Source of the DNA: an uncultured Pseudomonadota bacterium
GTDB taxonomy: Bacteria; Myxococcota_A; Polyangia; Fen-1088
Direction: 5' to 3'
Length of the DNA: 64,000 bases
Assembly (NCBI GenBank): GCA_963847705.1
Contig: CAWKBC010000017.1
Location: forward strand, 224,001-288,000
A program made the translations under genes and the position numbers. Numbering within the stretch: position 1 is the first letter of the stretch; every line of letters starts with the position of its first letter. Below the pieces are notes generated by a model. It searched no databases, was not told the DNA's origin, and saw only the letters and a program-made list of their open reading frames with translations. Shown piece by piece: positions 1 to 9,457 of this stretch.

Positions 1-171
1 GGATCCGCCGGCTGCGTCGATCTCCCGGCGCACGGCCTCGGCTTCCGGAGCGGAGCTCGAGTAGTGCACGATGACGCGTGCGCCGGCAGCCGCCAGCGCC
101 TTGGCGCTCGCACGGCCGATTCCGCGCGAGGCTCCAGTCACAAGCGCGATCTTCTGTTTGGGTTCGGGCAT
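1..171 (-). CDS. SDR family oxidoreductase, N-terminal part (runs off the window edge)
   Basis: Manual translation MPEPKQKIALVTGASRGIGRASAKALAAAGARVIVHY contains the TGxxxGIG Rossmann motif; GGAG RBS upstream; not in the ORF track. Confidence 0.85.
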   Translation of the reverse strand, partial: MPEPKQKIALVTGASRGIGRASAKALAAAGARVIVHYSSSAPEAEAVRREIDAAGGS

Positions 172-394
172 GACTCTCTCCTGGGTCTTCGATGACAGGG
201 TCTTGAATCTCGATCGCCGTGCATGACTCCATGAACACCGACAGCAGTCCCGTTGCCTCGACACGATAAGACGAGCATCGGGGCGCTGTAAGGCCCGATC
301 GCGCGAATTCCAGGTGCGGATCCGGTGCCAGTCCTGCGGCGGTGCCCCGTCTGGATCACAATTTCGAACGGCGTTAGTATCGCCGGACCTCGCA

Positions 395-640
395 ATGAGC
401 GATCGGAGGTTGGATGCGCGGTCGAGCCGCGACGGGACCGGCGCCGTTTCCGAGCCGACGCGGGTCCGGGAACGGGTCAAGGTCCGGCGCCGCCGTCGGT
501 TCCGGAAGGAGCCTGGCAACGCGCTCGACGCAGAGCGCTGGCTGGCGGGTGCGCGGTCCCGGCGCCTGCGCAGGTTCACGCTCGGCTCGTCCGTATTGGT
601 CTTGCTGGTGATCGTGGTCTATCTGATCCTTCGGGCGTGA
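395..640 (+). CDS. Small basic protein with a C-terminal transmembrane helix (hypothetical)
   Basis: MSDRRLDAR...RRRRRFRK...VLVLLVIVVYLILRA; fills the gap between genes. Confidence 0.5.
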   Translation: MSDRRLDARSSRDGTGAVSEPTRVRERVKVRRRRRFRKEPGNALDAERWLAGARSRRLRRFTLGSSVLVLLVIVVYLILRA

Positions 641-661
641 GCCCGGGCGAGGACCCGGGCT
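640..661. terminator. Hairpin between convergent genes (possible bidirectional terminator)
   Basis: aGCCCGGG-cgagga-CCCGGGCt inverted repeat between the stop codons at 640 and 662; no U-tract. Confidence 0.35.
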
Positions 662-1399
662 TCAGCCGGGCTTGCGCGGAATGCGCGCCCGCAGCGCCCA
701 GACCAGGGTCACCGCCTCGAGGACGATGTTGCCAGACATCTTCGACTGGCCGACCCGGCGTTCGACGAACTTGATGGGAACCTCGACGACGCGGAATCCG
801 CCGCAGATCGCGCGGTAGGTCATCTCGATCTGGAAACCGTAGCCGTGGGCCGAGACGGCCTCGAGATCGAGGGCCCGCAGCGTGTCGGCGCGCCAGGCCT
901 TGAAGCCCGCGGTCAGGTCGTTGATTCCGACGCCCAGGACCAGCCGCGCGTACATCCCGCCGCCGCGGCTGATGATCTTTCGCCCGAGTCCCCAGTTCTC
1001 GGTCCCGCCGCCCGCGGTGTAGCGCGACCCGATCGCCACGTCGGCGCCTTCATCCAGAGCTCGCAAGAGCCGCGGGATATCCTGGGGATCGTGGGAGAAA
1101 TCGGCGTCCATCTGGACGATGCGCTGCCAGCCGCGCGCCGATCCGAGCGCATGCTTGTAGGCCGCCAGATAGGCCGCCCCCAGCCCCTCCTTGGCGCTCC
1201 TGTGCATCACCTCGACCTGGCCATCACCAGCTTGGGCGGCGAGCTGGTCGGCCAGCGCCCCGGTCCCGTCGGGCGAGTTGTCGTCGACGATGAGGACCGT
1301 CGCCGCCGGCACCGCCGCCCGAACCGCCGGGATGATGTCCGCCAGGACCTCCCGCTCGTTGTAGGTCGGGATGACGATCAACGTCGAGGCGTCGCTCAT
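662..1399 (-). CDS. Polyprenol monophosphomannose synthase-like GT2 (Ppm1/DPM1 family)
   Basis: Motifs IPTYNERE, VDDNSPDGT, QMDADFSHDP, GSRY, DLTAGFKAW, FVERRVGQSKM. Confidence 0.9.
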   Translation of the reverse strand: MSDASTLIVIPTYNEREVLADIIPAVRAAVPAATVLIVDDNSPDGTGALADQLAAQAGDGQVEVMHRSAKEGLGAAYLAAYKHALGSARGWQRIVQMDADFSHDPQDIPRLLRALDEGADVAIGSRYTAGGGTENWGLGRKIISRGGGMYARLVLGVGINDLTAGFKAWRADTLRALDLEAVSAHGYGFQIEMTYRAICGGFRVVEVPIKFVERRVGQSKMSGNIVLEAVTLVWALRARIPRKPG

Positions 1400-1412
1400 C
1401 TGGGACGCGTGA

Positions 1413-2419
<1,007 letters not shown>

Positions 2420-2423
<4 letters not shown>

Positions 2424-3373
2424 CTGCTCTCGATCTCCTTTTGGTTGGTTTCGTAGTACTCGACGGTGGCGCGGAGGCCGACGTCGAAAGGGGTCTTCGC
2501 CACGAAGCCGAAGCGCTCGCGGGCGCGGGTGACGTCCAGCTGGCGCCGGGGCTGTCCGTTCGGCTTGCTGGTGTCCCAGACGAAACGCCCCTGGTAGCGG
2601 GCGGCCTGGGCGATCTTGCTCGCCAGGTCACGGATGGTGAGCTCCACGCCGTTGCCGAGGTTCACCGGATCGCTCGAGTCGTAGCGCTCGGCGGCCAGCA
2701 GGATCCCTTCAGCGGCGTCGTCGACGTAGAGGAACTCCCGCGTCGCCGAGCCGTCGCCCCACAAGGTGACCTCCGGCTCGCCGCGGGTGCGCGCGCCGAC
2801 GAACTTCCGGATCATCGCCGGGATGACGTGCGAGGACTCGAGGTCGAAGTTGTCCCGCGGTCCGTAGAGATTGACCGGGAAGAGGACCACGCTGTTCATG
2901 CCGTACTGCTGCCGGTAGCCCTCCGATTGCACCAGCATCATTTTCTTGGCCACCCCATACGGGGCGTTGGTCTCCTCCGGGTAGCCGTTCCAGAGATCGT
3001 CTTCCTTGAACGGCACCGGCGCGAACTTGGGGTAAGCGCAGATGGTGCCGAGCGCGACCAGCTTGGGGACCTTGGCCAGCCGGCACTCCTCGAAGAGCTG
3101 CAGCCCCATCATCGCGTTCTCGAACAGGAAGCGTCCCGGGTTCGAGCGGTTGGCGCCGATCCCCCCGACCTGGGCGGCCAGGTGGATCACCAGGTCGGGC
3201 CGCGCGTCGGCCAGGAGCCGCCGGGCGGCCGCGCGGTCGACGAGATCGTAGTCGGCCGACCGGGGAACGGTCACCGAGGCGCCGGCATCGCGCAGCCGAC
3301 CGACGACGAAGCTGCCGAGAAACCCGGCCCCACCGGTGACGACGACCCGACGGCCGTTCCAGAAGCTGCTCAT
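2420..3373 (-). CDS. fcl: GDP-L-fucose synthase
   Basis: [53 protein letters not shown]; overlaps the gmd start. Confidence 0.95.
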
Positions 3374-3441
3374 GGAGCGCGGAATCTATCCGCAACCGCT
3401 CCCGGGCGCTACGCCCACGTGAGGGGCAGGTCAGGGGCAGG

Positions 3442-4665
3442 TCAGGGAGTCGCCAGGGCTGCCCGACAGGAGAGTTTCCCCGCCGCCACCTGGGCCGCCA
3501 GCGTGGTCAGCTCGGGCAAGGCGGTCCCAGGATCGGCGGTCGGCGGGCGCACCCCACCCGGCTTCACGGTCGCGCCGTAGGTGGTGATGACGAAGATCCG
3601 GATGACGTCACTTCGCTCCGCGGGGAGCGCCCGGGCGTAAGCCTCGACGAGATCGCCGATGTCCCGCGGCGGCCGCCCTTCGAGGACCGCGCGGCCCCAG
3701 GCCGACAGCAGCTTGGCCTGAAAGTTCCGGAAGGGACCGAGCACGGCGGCGGGGCTGACCCCGGCGGGAATTCGGTCGGTCACGAACGGCGCGTAGACCT
3801 CGGCCGGAGCGATCTTGCGCCCGACCGTCTTCGACTGGGCCAGACGATAGAGCACGGTCGCCGCCACCCCGGGATCCTCCAGGAGATCGGCCGCCGCCCG
3901 CGGCGCGCCGTCGGCGCCGAGGACGTAGCGGTTCTCCCGCACCGCCGCGAACAGCGCGCGCTGGCTGCTGGTCCCGGCGCCGGCCGGCAGCGTCCCGGCG
4001 GGCCCCTCCCCCATCCGCCACTCGCGTGCGATCACCTCCAGCGACCCGGCGTAGCCCTCCAGAAGCGGCCGGGGCGGTGGGCTCGGCGCGCCGGCCGCCA
4101 CGCGAGCGGCCGCCTCGTACCCGATGAGACCGGCCAGCGTCTGGGGCAAGGCGCGGTCCTGATCCGGATAGGTGGGGAGCGCGATCCAGGCGACGTCGGC
4201 GTGCTCGTTGACGCCGCCGAAGGTCCCCTTCAGCGCCAGGCCCCGCCCGGTCTTGTCGCCCACCGGGGCGCCGACGATGAAGGCGGTCGGCTGCGCCGCC
4301 TCGGCCCGATCGGCGTCGGGGAAGCGCTTGCCGCCCACGTTGGCGTCGCGCACCAGCTGCTTGGCCAGGTAGTCGGTGCGCAGCACCTCGCCGGAGAATC
4401 CGGCCAACAACTGCTGGTAGAGCGGCGCGGCGCGCGGATCGTCGGGCGCCACGGTCGACACCAGCGGCAGGCCCGCCGGGCTGCGCGTCGCAGCGTTGGC
4501 GCCCTCGAGCGGAGCGTAGACCGCGAACGAATCGGGCGGCCCCAGCGAGGGGTCGCGGTGACAGCCGAGCGCGCCGGCCCCGGCCCAGGCGACCAACGCG
4601 AACAGCGCAACGCCGCTGGCGTCCCGAGATCCCCGCGCCTTCCCGCCGCGCGCGGCGGGCGTCAT
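3442..4665 (-). CDS. Hypothetical lipoprotein
   Basis: 407-aa ORF with hydrophobic signal and lipobox-like GALGC; start overlaps the stop of the upstream response regulator. Confidence 0.65.
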   Translation of the reverse strand: MTPAARGGKARGSRDASGVALFALVAWAGAGALGCHRDPSLGPPDSFAVYAPLEGANAATRSPAGLPLVSTVAPDDPRAAPLYQQLLAGFSGEVLRTDYLAKQLVRDANVGGKRFPDADRAEAAQPTAFIVGAPVGDKTGRGLALKGTFGGVNEHADVAWIALPTYPDQDRALPQTLAGLIGYEAAARVAAGAPSPPPRPLLEGYAGSLEVIAREWRMGEGPAGTLPAGAGTSSQRALFAAVRENRYVLGADGAPRAAADLLEDPGVAATVLYRLAQSKTVGRKIAPAEVYAPFVTDRIPAGVSPAAVLGPFRNFQAKLLSAWGRAVLEGRPPRDIGDLVEAYARALPAERSDVIRIFVITTYGATVKPGGVRPPTADPGTALPELTTLAAQVAAGKLSCRAALATP

Positions 4666-5084
4666 TGGATCCGCGCCGACTCGGCGGGCTCGCAGTAACG
4701 ATGAAGCAGCCGCGTCAGCGCGTCGAAGTCAACCGGCTTGTAGAGCACGGTGACGTCCTCTCGCACGCCGATCATCTGGTCGTTGGCCGCCGTCATGATG
4801 ACCCGCGGGATCGACGCCAGTTTGGGCGACTTCTTGATCACCTTGAGCAGCTCGACCCCGTTCATGACCGGCATGAACAGATCGATCAGCATCAGCGCCG
4901 GGACCTCGTCCTCGAGCAGGAGCAGCGCTTCGCGCCCGTTGCCGGCGCAGATGGCCCGGTAGCCGCTGTCCTCGACGACATCGTTGATGGTCAGCGCCAC
5001 GTCATGGTCGTCCTCGACGATCAACACCGCGGGACGCAGGGTTGAGGTCGGACCGGGTCCGGCGGACGACGGTTTCGTGGCCAT
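4662..5084 (-). CDS. Single-domain response regulator (receiver)
   Basis: VLIVEDD, LIDLFMPVMNG, MTAA, KPVDF; start could be 5084 or 5093. Confidence 0.9.
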   Translation of the reverse strand: MATKPSSAGPGPTSTLRPAVLIVEDDHDVALTINDVVEDSGYRAICAGNGREALLLLEDEVPALMLIDLFMPVMNGVELLKVIKKSPKLASIPRVIMTAANDQMIGVREDVTVLYKPVDFDALTRLLHRYCEPAESARIQ

Positions 5085-5183
5085 TGGGTTCACGTGTGTG
5101 CGCTGCGCGGTCTGGCTTCGTGCTCTCTATAGATCCGAGATCGACCGGGATCAATGCTCCCAGACGTAAAAGCTGAAGCGTGA

Positions 5184-5330
5184 GACACCGAGATCATCCT
5201 CTTCGACGCCGCCTGCACCGCGAAGGATGGCAAGCCCTACCACAACACGTACACCTGGTACTTCCGCATGAGGCGGATCGGGTCGTCAGCGCGAGCGCCT
5301 TCTTCGACCCCCGTGACTTCGCCAAGCGGC
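5184..5330 (+). pseudogene. Fragment of a SnoaL/ketosteroid-isomerase-like (NTF2 fold) gene
   Basis: DTEIILFDAACTAKDGKPYHNTYTWYFRM, then a frameshift to DRVVSASAFFDPRDF; in-frame TGA directly upstream and no start codon. Confidence 0.6.
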
Positions 5331-5347
5331 CCGCCCTCCAAGTCCAG

Positions 5348-5421
<74 letters not shown>

Positions 5422-5728
5422 GTGCAAGTTATTTCGGTGAGTTACATCCGGAGCGTCGTGTGATGCTTTCGAGTCTGCACCCGACCTTCCTGTGCGCGGG
5501 CAGTTCTACCACCTGCCCAGCCGGCCGAGAAAGGTCGACTGACGCCGCGCCGTGGGGACCGACCGCGACGGCGGGAACACGGCGTTCGGTGGAGATAGGG
5601 CGGAGCGGGCCGCATTCAAGTCTCGTTCCTGGCCGGACGATGTACCGAGCGTCAGAATCGTGCCTTCGGCGGAAGGCCACGATAAGATGGCGAGATCCGC
5701 GGAGAACACCGGCGACCGACGAGAAATA

Positions 5729-6316
5729 ATGTCTAGGGGAGACAAACGGTGGATCGTCGCCGGCTCGGTCGTTGTGCTGACGGGACTGGGCTGGTTTGCG
5801 CTGCGGGATCGCGGGACCAGCGGGTCCGAGCGAGCAGACGGCGACGAGCTACACGGATTTGGATCGCGACCGTTCGCGGCGGCCGACGCCAGGCTCCCCC
5901 CACCGCCCGAGACGCCCGAGCTGCTCGCCAAACAGGTCGAGGGGGCGATGGGGCGCTGGCGAACGGCGATCCTGGTGAAGGATGCCCCTTCGGTCGTCGC
6001 GCTCGACCTGACGTTCCGCCAGATGCCGGACCGTTACAGGGCCGCGCTGGCCGCGATCGCCGAGAGCGATGAGAACGAGCGCGTGCGGGCCTTCTCCACC
6101 CGCGTGCTCGGGAAGCTCAAGAACGCGGCGGAGGCGCCGCTCTACCGTCGCCTGCTCACCGACAGGAGCCCCTTCGTCCGCCAGAATGCAGTTTGGGCGC
6201 TGGGGGAGCTCGGCTCTGCCGCGGGCCCGGCCGTCGCCGAGCTGCAGAAGGCCAGCGCCCACGATCCGGCGAACGACGTCCGCGCCGCCGCCCGGGCCGC
6301 CCTCGCCAAGCGCTAG
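5729..6316 (+). CDS. Membrane-anchored HEAT-repeat protein
   Basis: N-terminal TM segment; repeats VRAFSTRVLGKL, VRQNAVWALGEL, VRAAARAAL. Confidence 0.8.
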   Translation: MSRGDKRWIVAGSVVVLTGLGWFALRDRGTSGSERADGDELHGFGSRPFAAADARLPPPPETPELLAKQVEGAMGRWRTAILVKDAPSVVALDLTFRQMPDRYRAALAAIAESDENERVRAFSTRVLGKLKNAAEAPLYRRLLTDRSPFVRQNAVWALGELGSAAGPAVAELQKASAHDPANDVRAAARAALAKR

Positions 6317-6337
6317 CAGGAAGATCGGACCGTCATC

Positions 6338-6496
6338 GTGGCAAACAAAGCGAAACGAAAACCGACAGGACCGGCCAAGAAGGCCTGGCAGAAGCCGCGC
6401 ATCAAGAGTGGCCGCCTGTTCGAGTCGAACAGCCTGGCCTGCGGCAAGAACGGTCCCGGAATGGAATCGTGCGAGCAGTTCCCGAAGATGTCATGA
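6338..6496 (+). CDS. Putative RiPP precursor peptide (52 aa)
   Basis: Manual translation from GTG: MANKAKRKPTGPAKKAWQKPRIKSGRLFESNSLACGKNGPGMESCEQFPKMS*; WxxPxI leader motif; stop overlaps the next ATG (ATGA); upstream of PqqD and rSAM genes. Confidence 0.8.
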   Translation: MANKAKRKPTGPAKKAWQKPRIKSGRLFESNSLACGKNGPGMESCEQFPKMS

Positions 6497-7848
6497 CCAG
6501 ACCGGTCGCGGGCGGTTCCGAGAAGCTGACGCTTTCGCTTTCGCTTTCGCTTTCGATAGGGGGCATCGTCGGCTGCCTGGAGATCTCGGGGGCCCAGGCG
6601 GTCTTTCTCGAGCAGGTTCGGGCGCGCTACGGGGCGTTCATCCTGCCATCCGGCAGCCGCAGCGCCAGCGACTTCAGCCTGCGGCTGGCGCTGGAGCCGA
6701 GCGCCGCGCCCGGCGGCTCGGCTTCGAAGCGCCTGGCCGAGACCGAAGCGCACCCGTTGAAGGTCACGGTCAAGGGGTACGCCATCGCCGCCGAGCGGTG
6801 GGACTTTCGGGCGCGCCTCCAGGGACGTTCGACGCCGCGGTCGGTGCCGGGGCGCGGGATCAGTTATCGCGGCGAAGGTCGCTGTGAGGCCAGCCCGTTC
6901 GCGCTCGACTGCCTGCTGAGGGTGATCTACGCGACCCTGCTGCCGCGCGTGGGGGGGATGCTCATCCACGGCTGCGGCCTGCGGCACGCGGCGATCGGGG
7001 TGATCTTCCCGGGTGTGAGCGGCGCGGGGAAGAGCACTCTCGCGCGCAAGGCGCCGGACGCGGACGACGTGCTGTCAGACGAGCTGGTGGTGGTTCGCCG
7101 GCTGGACGATGGCTGGCGCGTGTACGGGACGCCGTTCTGGGGCGACTTCGCCCGCGGCGGCATCTCGATGCGCAGCTGGCCGCTGCGAACGGTGGCGTTC
7201 CTCAACCAGGCGCGCGAGGTGGCGATGACGCCGATCACCTCCTCGGATGCGACGCTGCGCCTGCTCGGCTGCTTCCTGGCCTTCACCACCGATCGCGCGT
7301 CGGTCGAGCGGAGCCTGGCCGTGGCCGTCCAGCTCTGCGCCGAGGTTCGCTCGGTCGAGGCGTCGCTGACCCGCGCGGCGCCCACGGCGATCGTGTTCCG
7401 CAAGCTCGCCCCGCACCTCGGGCCCGAGGTGACGCGCGCGGTGCCGCCTGCGAACGCGCGCGAGCTCATCTCCGAGTTCCGCGCGCTGCTGCGCAAGCAG
7501 CGGTCGTACTCCTTCAGGCCCAAAGGGACGGCGGGCGCCTGGCTCAAGAACGGCGAATCGCTCGCGGTCCAGACGCCCGGTCTCGGCGCGCCGCTCGGGC
7601 CGGGGGACGTCGTGCTGTCCTGGGTGCCCGGACCGACGCCCGACGAGGATGCCCTGGCCTGCCGCCGACTCTCGGCGGCGGGCGCGCGCGAGGCCGGGCA
7701 GGCCTGGATCGGGGGCGAGCTACTCGGCCGCGTCACCCTCGTCTCGCGCGACGGCAAGACCCTGCCGCTTCCGGGACGTGTCGCCGATCTGGCCCGCAGC
7801 TTCGGGCCGCTGGTCGCGATTCCCATGCTGAGGATGGCCGGACGATGA
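6493..7848 (+). CDS. HprK-related P-loop protein (ScmC-like) fused to a degenerate S24/S26 peptidase-like domain
   Basis: LIHGCG, GVSGAGKST Walker A, LSDE, GTPFWG; C-terminal SFRPKGT...GDVV...LLGRVTLVSRDG. Confidence 0.7.
   Translation: MTRPVAGGSEKLTLSLSLSLSIGGIVGCLEISGAQAVFLEQVRARYGAFILPSGSRSASDFSLRLALEPSAAPGGSASKRLAETEAHPLKVTVKGYAIAAERWDFRARLQGRSTPRSVPGRGISYRGEGRCEASPFALDCLLRVIYATLLPRVGGMLIHGCGLRHAAIGVIFPGVSGAGKSTLARKAPDADDVLSDELVVVRRLDDGWRVYGTPFWGDFARGGISMRSWPLRTVAFLNQAREVAMTPITSSDATLRLLGCFLAFTTDRASVERSLAVAVQLCAEVRSVEASLTRAAPTAIVFRKLAPHLGPEVTRAVPPANARELISEFRALLRKQRSYSFRPKGTAGAWLKNGESLAVQTPGLGAPLGPGDVVLSWVPGPTPDEDALACRRLSAAGAREAGQAWIGGELLGRVTLVSRDGKTLPLPGRVADLARSFGPLVAIPMLRMAGR
6531..6554 (+). 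repeat. (GCTTTC)x4 in-frame tandem repeat
   Basis: gctttcgctttcgctttcgctttc, encoding an LS repeat. Confidence 0.85.
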
Positions 7849-8117
7849 CCTACAAGCGCGATCCCGGCCTCCCGTTCCAGAAGCTGGAGGAGGAGACCAT
7901 CGTGGTCGACCCGCGCACCCGCGAGGTCCACCTGCTGAACGACACCGCGGCGCGCGTCTGGGAGCTCCTGGCGTCGTCCTCGACGCTCGACGAGCTGACG
8001 GAGACGCTGGCCGAGGAGTACGACGCGCCTGCGGAGGCGGTGCGCGCGGGCGTCGAGGAGCTGCTGGCCGGGTTGCGCGACAAGGGCCTCCTGGTCGACG
8101 TGGCTGAGGCGGCCTGA
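7845..8117 (+). CDS. PqqD family peptide chaperone (RiPP recognition element)
   Basis: 90 aa: EETIVVDPRTREVHLLNDTAARVWELL...LAEEYDA...LRDKGLL. Confidence 0.9.
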   Translation: MTYKRDPGLPFQKLEEETIVVDPRTREVHLLNDTAARVWELLASSSTLDELTETLAEEYDAPAEAVRAGVEELLAGLRDKGLLVDVAEAA

Positions 8118-8119
8118 GC

Positions 8120-9406
8120 GTGGACTCCGCGCCGCGCTGCCAGGACGAGGCGATCCTGACCCCGTCGGGCGAGCACGCGGTGGTGAGCCAGCTGCAGAGC
8201 ATGGCCTACCAGCGGATGATCCCGCTCAACGTCTCGCTCGAGCTGACGCTCAAGTGCAACATCCGGTGCCTCCACTGCTACAACTTCGACCGCGACACCG
8301 CCGGCCCTGCCTGCGGCCCGCGCGACGCGGCGTCGCCGGCCGGGGCGCTGTCTCCGGAGCTGTCTCCGGAGCTGTCTCCGGAGCTGTCCTTGGAGGAGAT
8401 CTTCCGGGTGATGGGCGAGCTGCGCGCCGCGGGGACGCTGTTCCTCTCGCTCACCGGTGGCGAGGTCCTGAGCTCGCCGCATCTCTTCCCGGTGCTCGAC
8501 CGCGCGCGCGAGCTCAACCTGGCGGTCCAGATGCTGAGCAACGGGACGCTGCTCCGCCCCGGCGTGGCGGCGCGCCTGGCGGGCTATCGCAACCTCCTCG
8601 GCGTCAGCATCAGCGTCTACGGCGCGACGCCGGAGGTGCACGACGCCATCACGCAGATCCGCGGCTCCTGGCGGCGGACGCTCGACGGCGCCGAGCGGCT
8701 GCGCGCCCAGGGGGTGGCCGTGCGCCTCAAGCTGATCGTGATGCGCCCGAACGTGCATGAGGTGGGCGCGATGCGGGCGCTCTGCGACGCCCGCGGGTTC
8801 CCCTACCTGCTCGATCTCACGGTCACGGCGCGCCACGACGGCACCAAAGGGAGCCTGGCCATGCGGATCACCGAGGCCGAGCTGGCCGCGCTCTACCAGG
8901 GCCCGCTCCACGATCTCATTCCCAACGGCCGTCGCGCCGTCGACGAGGAGGCGTTCCCCTGCAACTGCGCGCGCGGAAACGCCGCCATCTCGGCGCGCGG
9001 CGACGTGTTTCCTTGCGTGTCGGTCCCCTGGAGGGCCGGCAACGTGCGCCAGCGGCCGTTCGGGGAGATCTGGCGGAGCTCGCCGGTGTTCGAACGAATC
9101 CGCGGGCTGAAGATCGCCGACTACCCGGCCTGTGCCCCCTGCCCCGACAAGTCCTTCTGCTCGCGGGATCGCGGCGCCGCCTACAACGCCTCGGGGAGCT
9201 ACACCGGGATCGACCCATTCGTCTGCGCCGCCGCCGGCGTCGCGCGGGCCGTCGCGGAGACGCGCCCCGGCGAGGCCGCGCGCCCCGGCGAGGCCGCGCG
9301 CCCCGGCGTGGCCGCGCGCCCCGGCGAGGCCGCGCGCCCCGGCGTGGACAACCGACCGCCGGCCGCGCCCGACGTCCGGCTGCCGCTGGCGGTCGCCGCC
9401 CGCTGA
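8120..9406 (+). CDS. Radical SAM/SPASM-domain peptide maturase
   Basis: ELTLKCNIRCLHCY (CxxxCxxC), LTGGE, SNGT; SPASM-like CNCARG...GDVFPC...GNV...CAPCPDKSFC...C. Confidence 0.92.
   Translation: MDSAPRCQDEAILTPSGEHAVVSQLQSMAYQRMIPLNVSLELTLKCNIRCLHCYNFDRDTAGPACGPRDAASPAGALSPELSPELSPELSLEEIFRVMGELRAAGTLFLSLTGGEVLSSPHLFPVLDRARELNLAVQMLSNGTLLRPGVAARLAGYRNLLGVSISVYGATPEVHDAITQIRGSWRRTLDGAERLRAQGVAVRLKLIVMRPNVHEVGAMRALCDARGFPYLLDLTVTARHDGTKGSLAMRITEAELAALYQGPLHDLIPNGRRAVDEEAFPCNCARGNAAISARGDVFPCVSVPWRAGNVRQRPFGEIWRSSPVFERIRGLKIADYPACAPCPDKSFCSRDRGAAYNASGSYTGIDPFVCAAAGVARAVAETRPGEAARPGEAARPGVAARPGEAARPGVDNRPPAAPDVRLPLAVAAR
8347..8388 (+). repeat. 12-bp tandem repeat (GCTGTCTCCGGA)x3.5 inside the rSAM gene
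   Basis: Encodes LSPE-LSPE-LSPE-LS. Confidence 0.85.
9261..9346 (+). repeat. 18-bp tandem repeat (CGCGCCCCGGCGWGGCCG)x~4.8 at the 3' end of the rSAM gene
   Basis: Encodes RPG(E/V)AA repeats. Confidence 0.85.
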
Positions 9407-9457
9407 GCGCTCTTTCTTGTCGACGGACCGTCGTCAGATTTATGGTCGGTGACCGCC

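Noticed and set aside
6193-6492. N-terminal 100 aa of the 551-aa ORF in the track
   Set aside because: Overlaps the HEAT gene and the precursor; the ATG at 6493 coupled to the precursor stop is the better start
9261-9346. CRISPR-like array
   Set aside because: Direct tandem 18-mers without spacers, inside a CDS; no cas genes in the window
7845-9406. PQQ or mycofactocin biosynthesis
   Set aside because: No pqqB/pqqC or mft accessory genes; the precursor lacks the PqqA ExxxY motif and the MftA C-terminal CGVY motif
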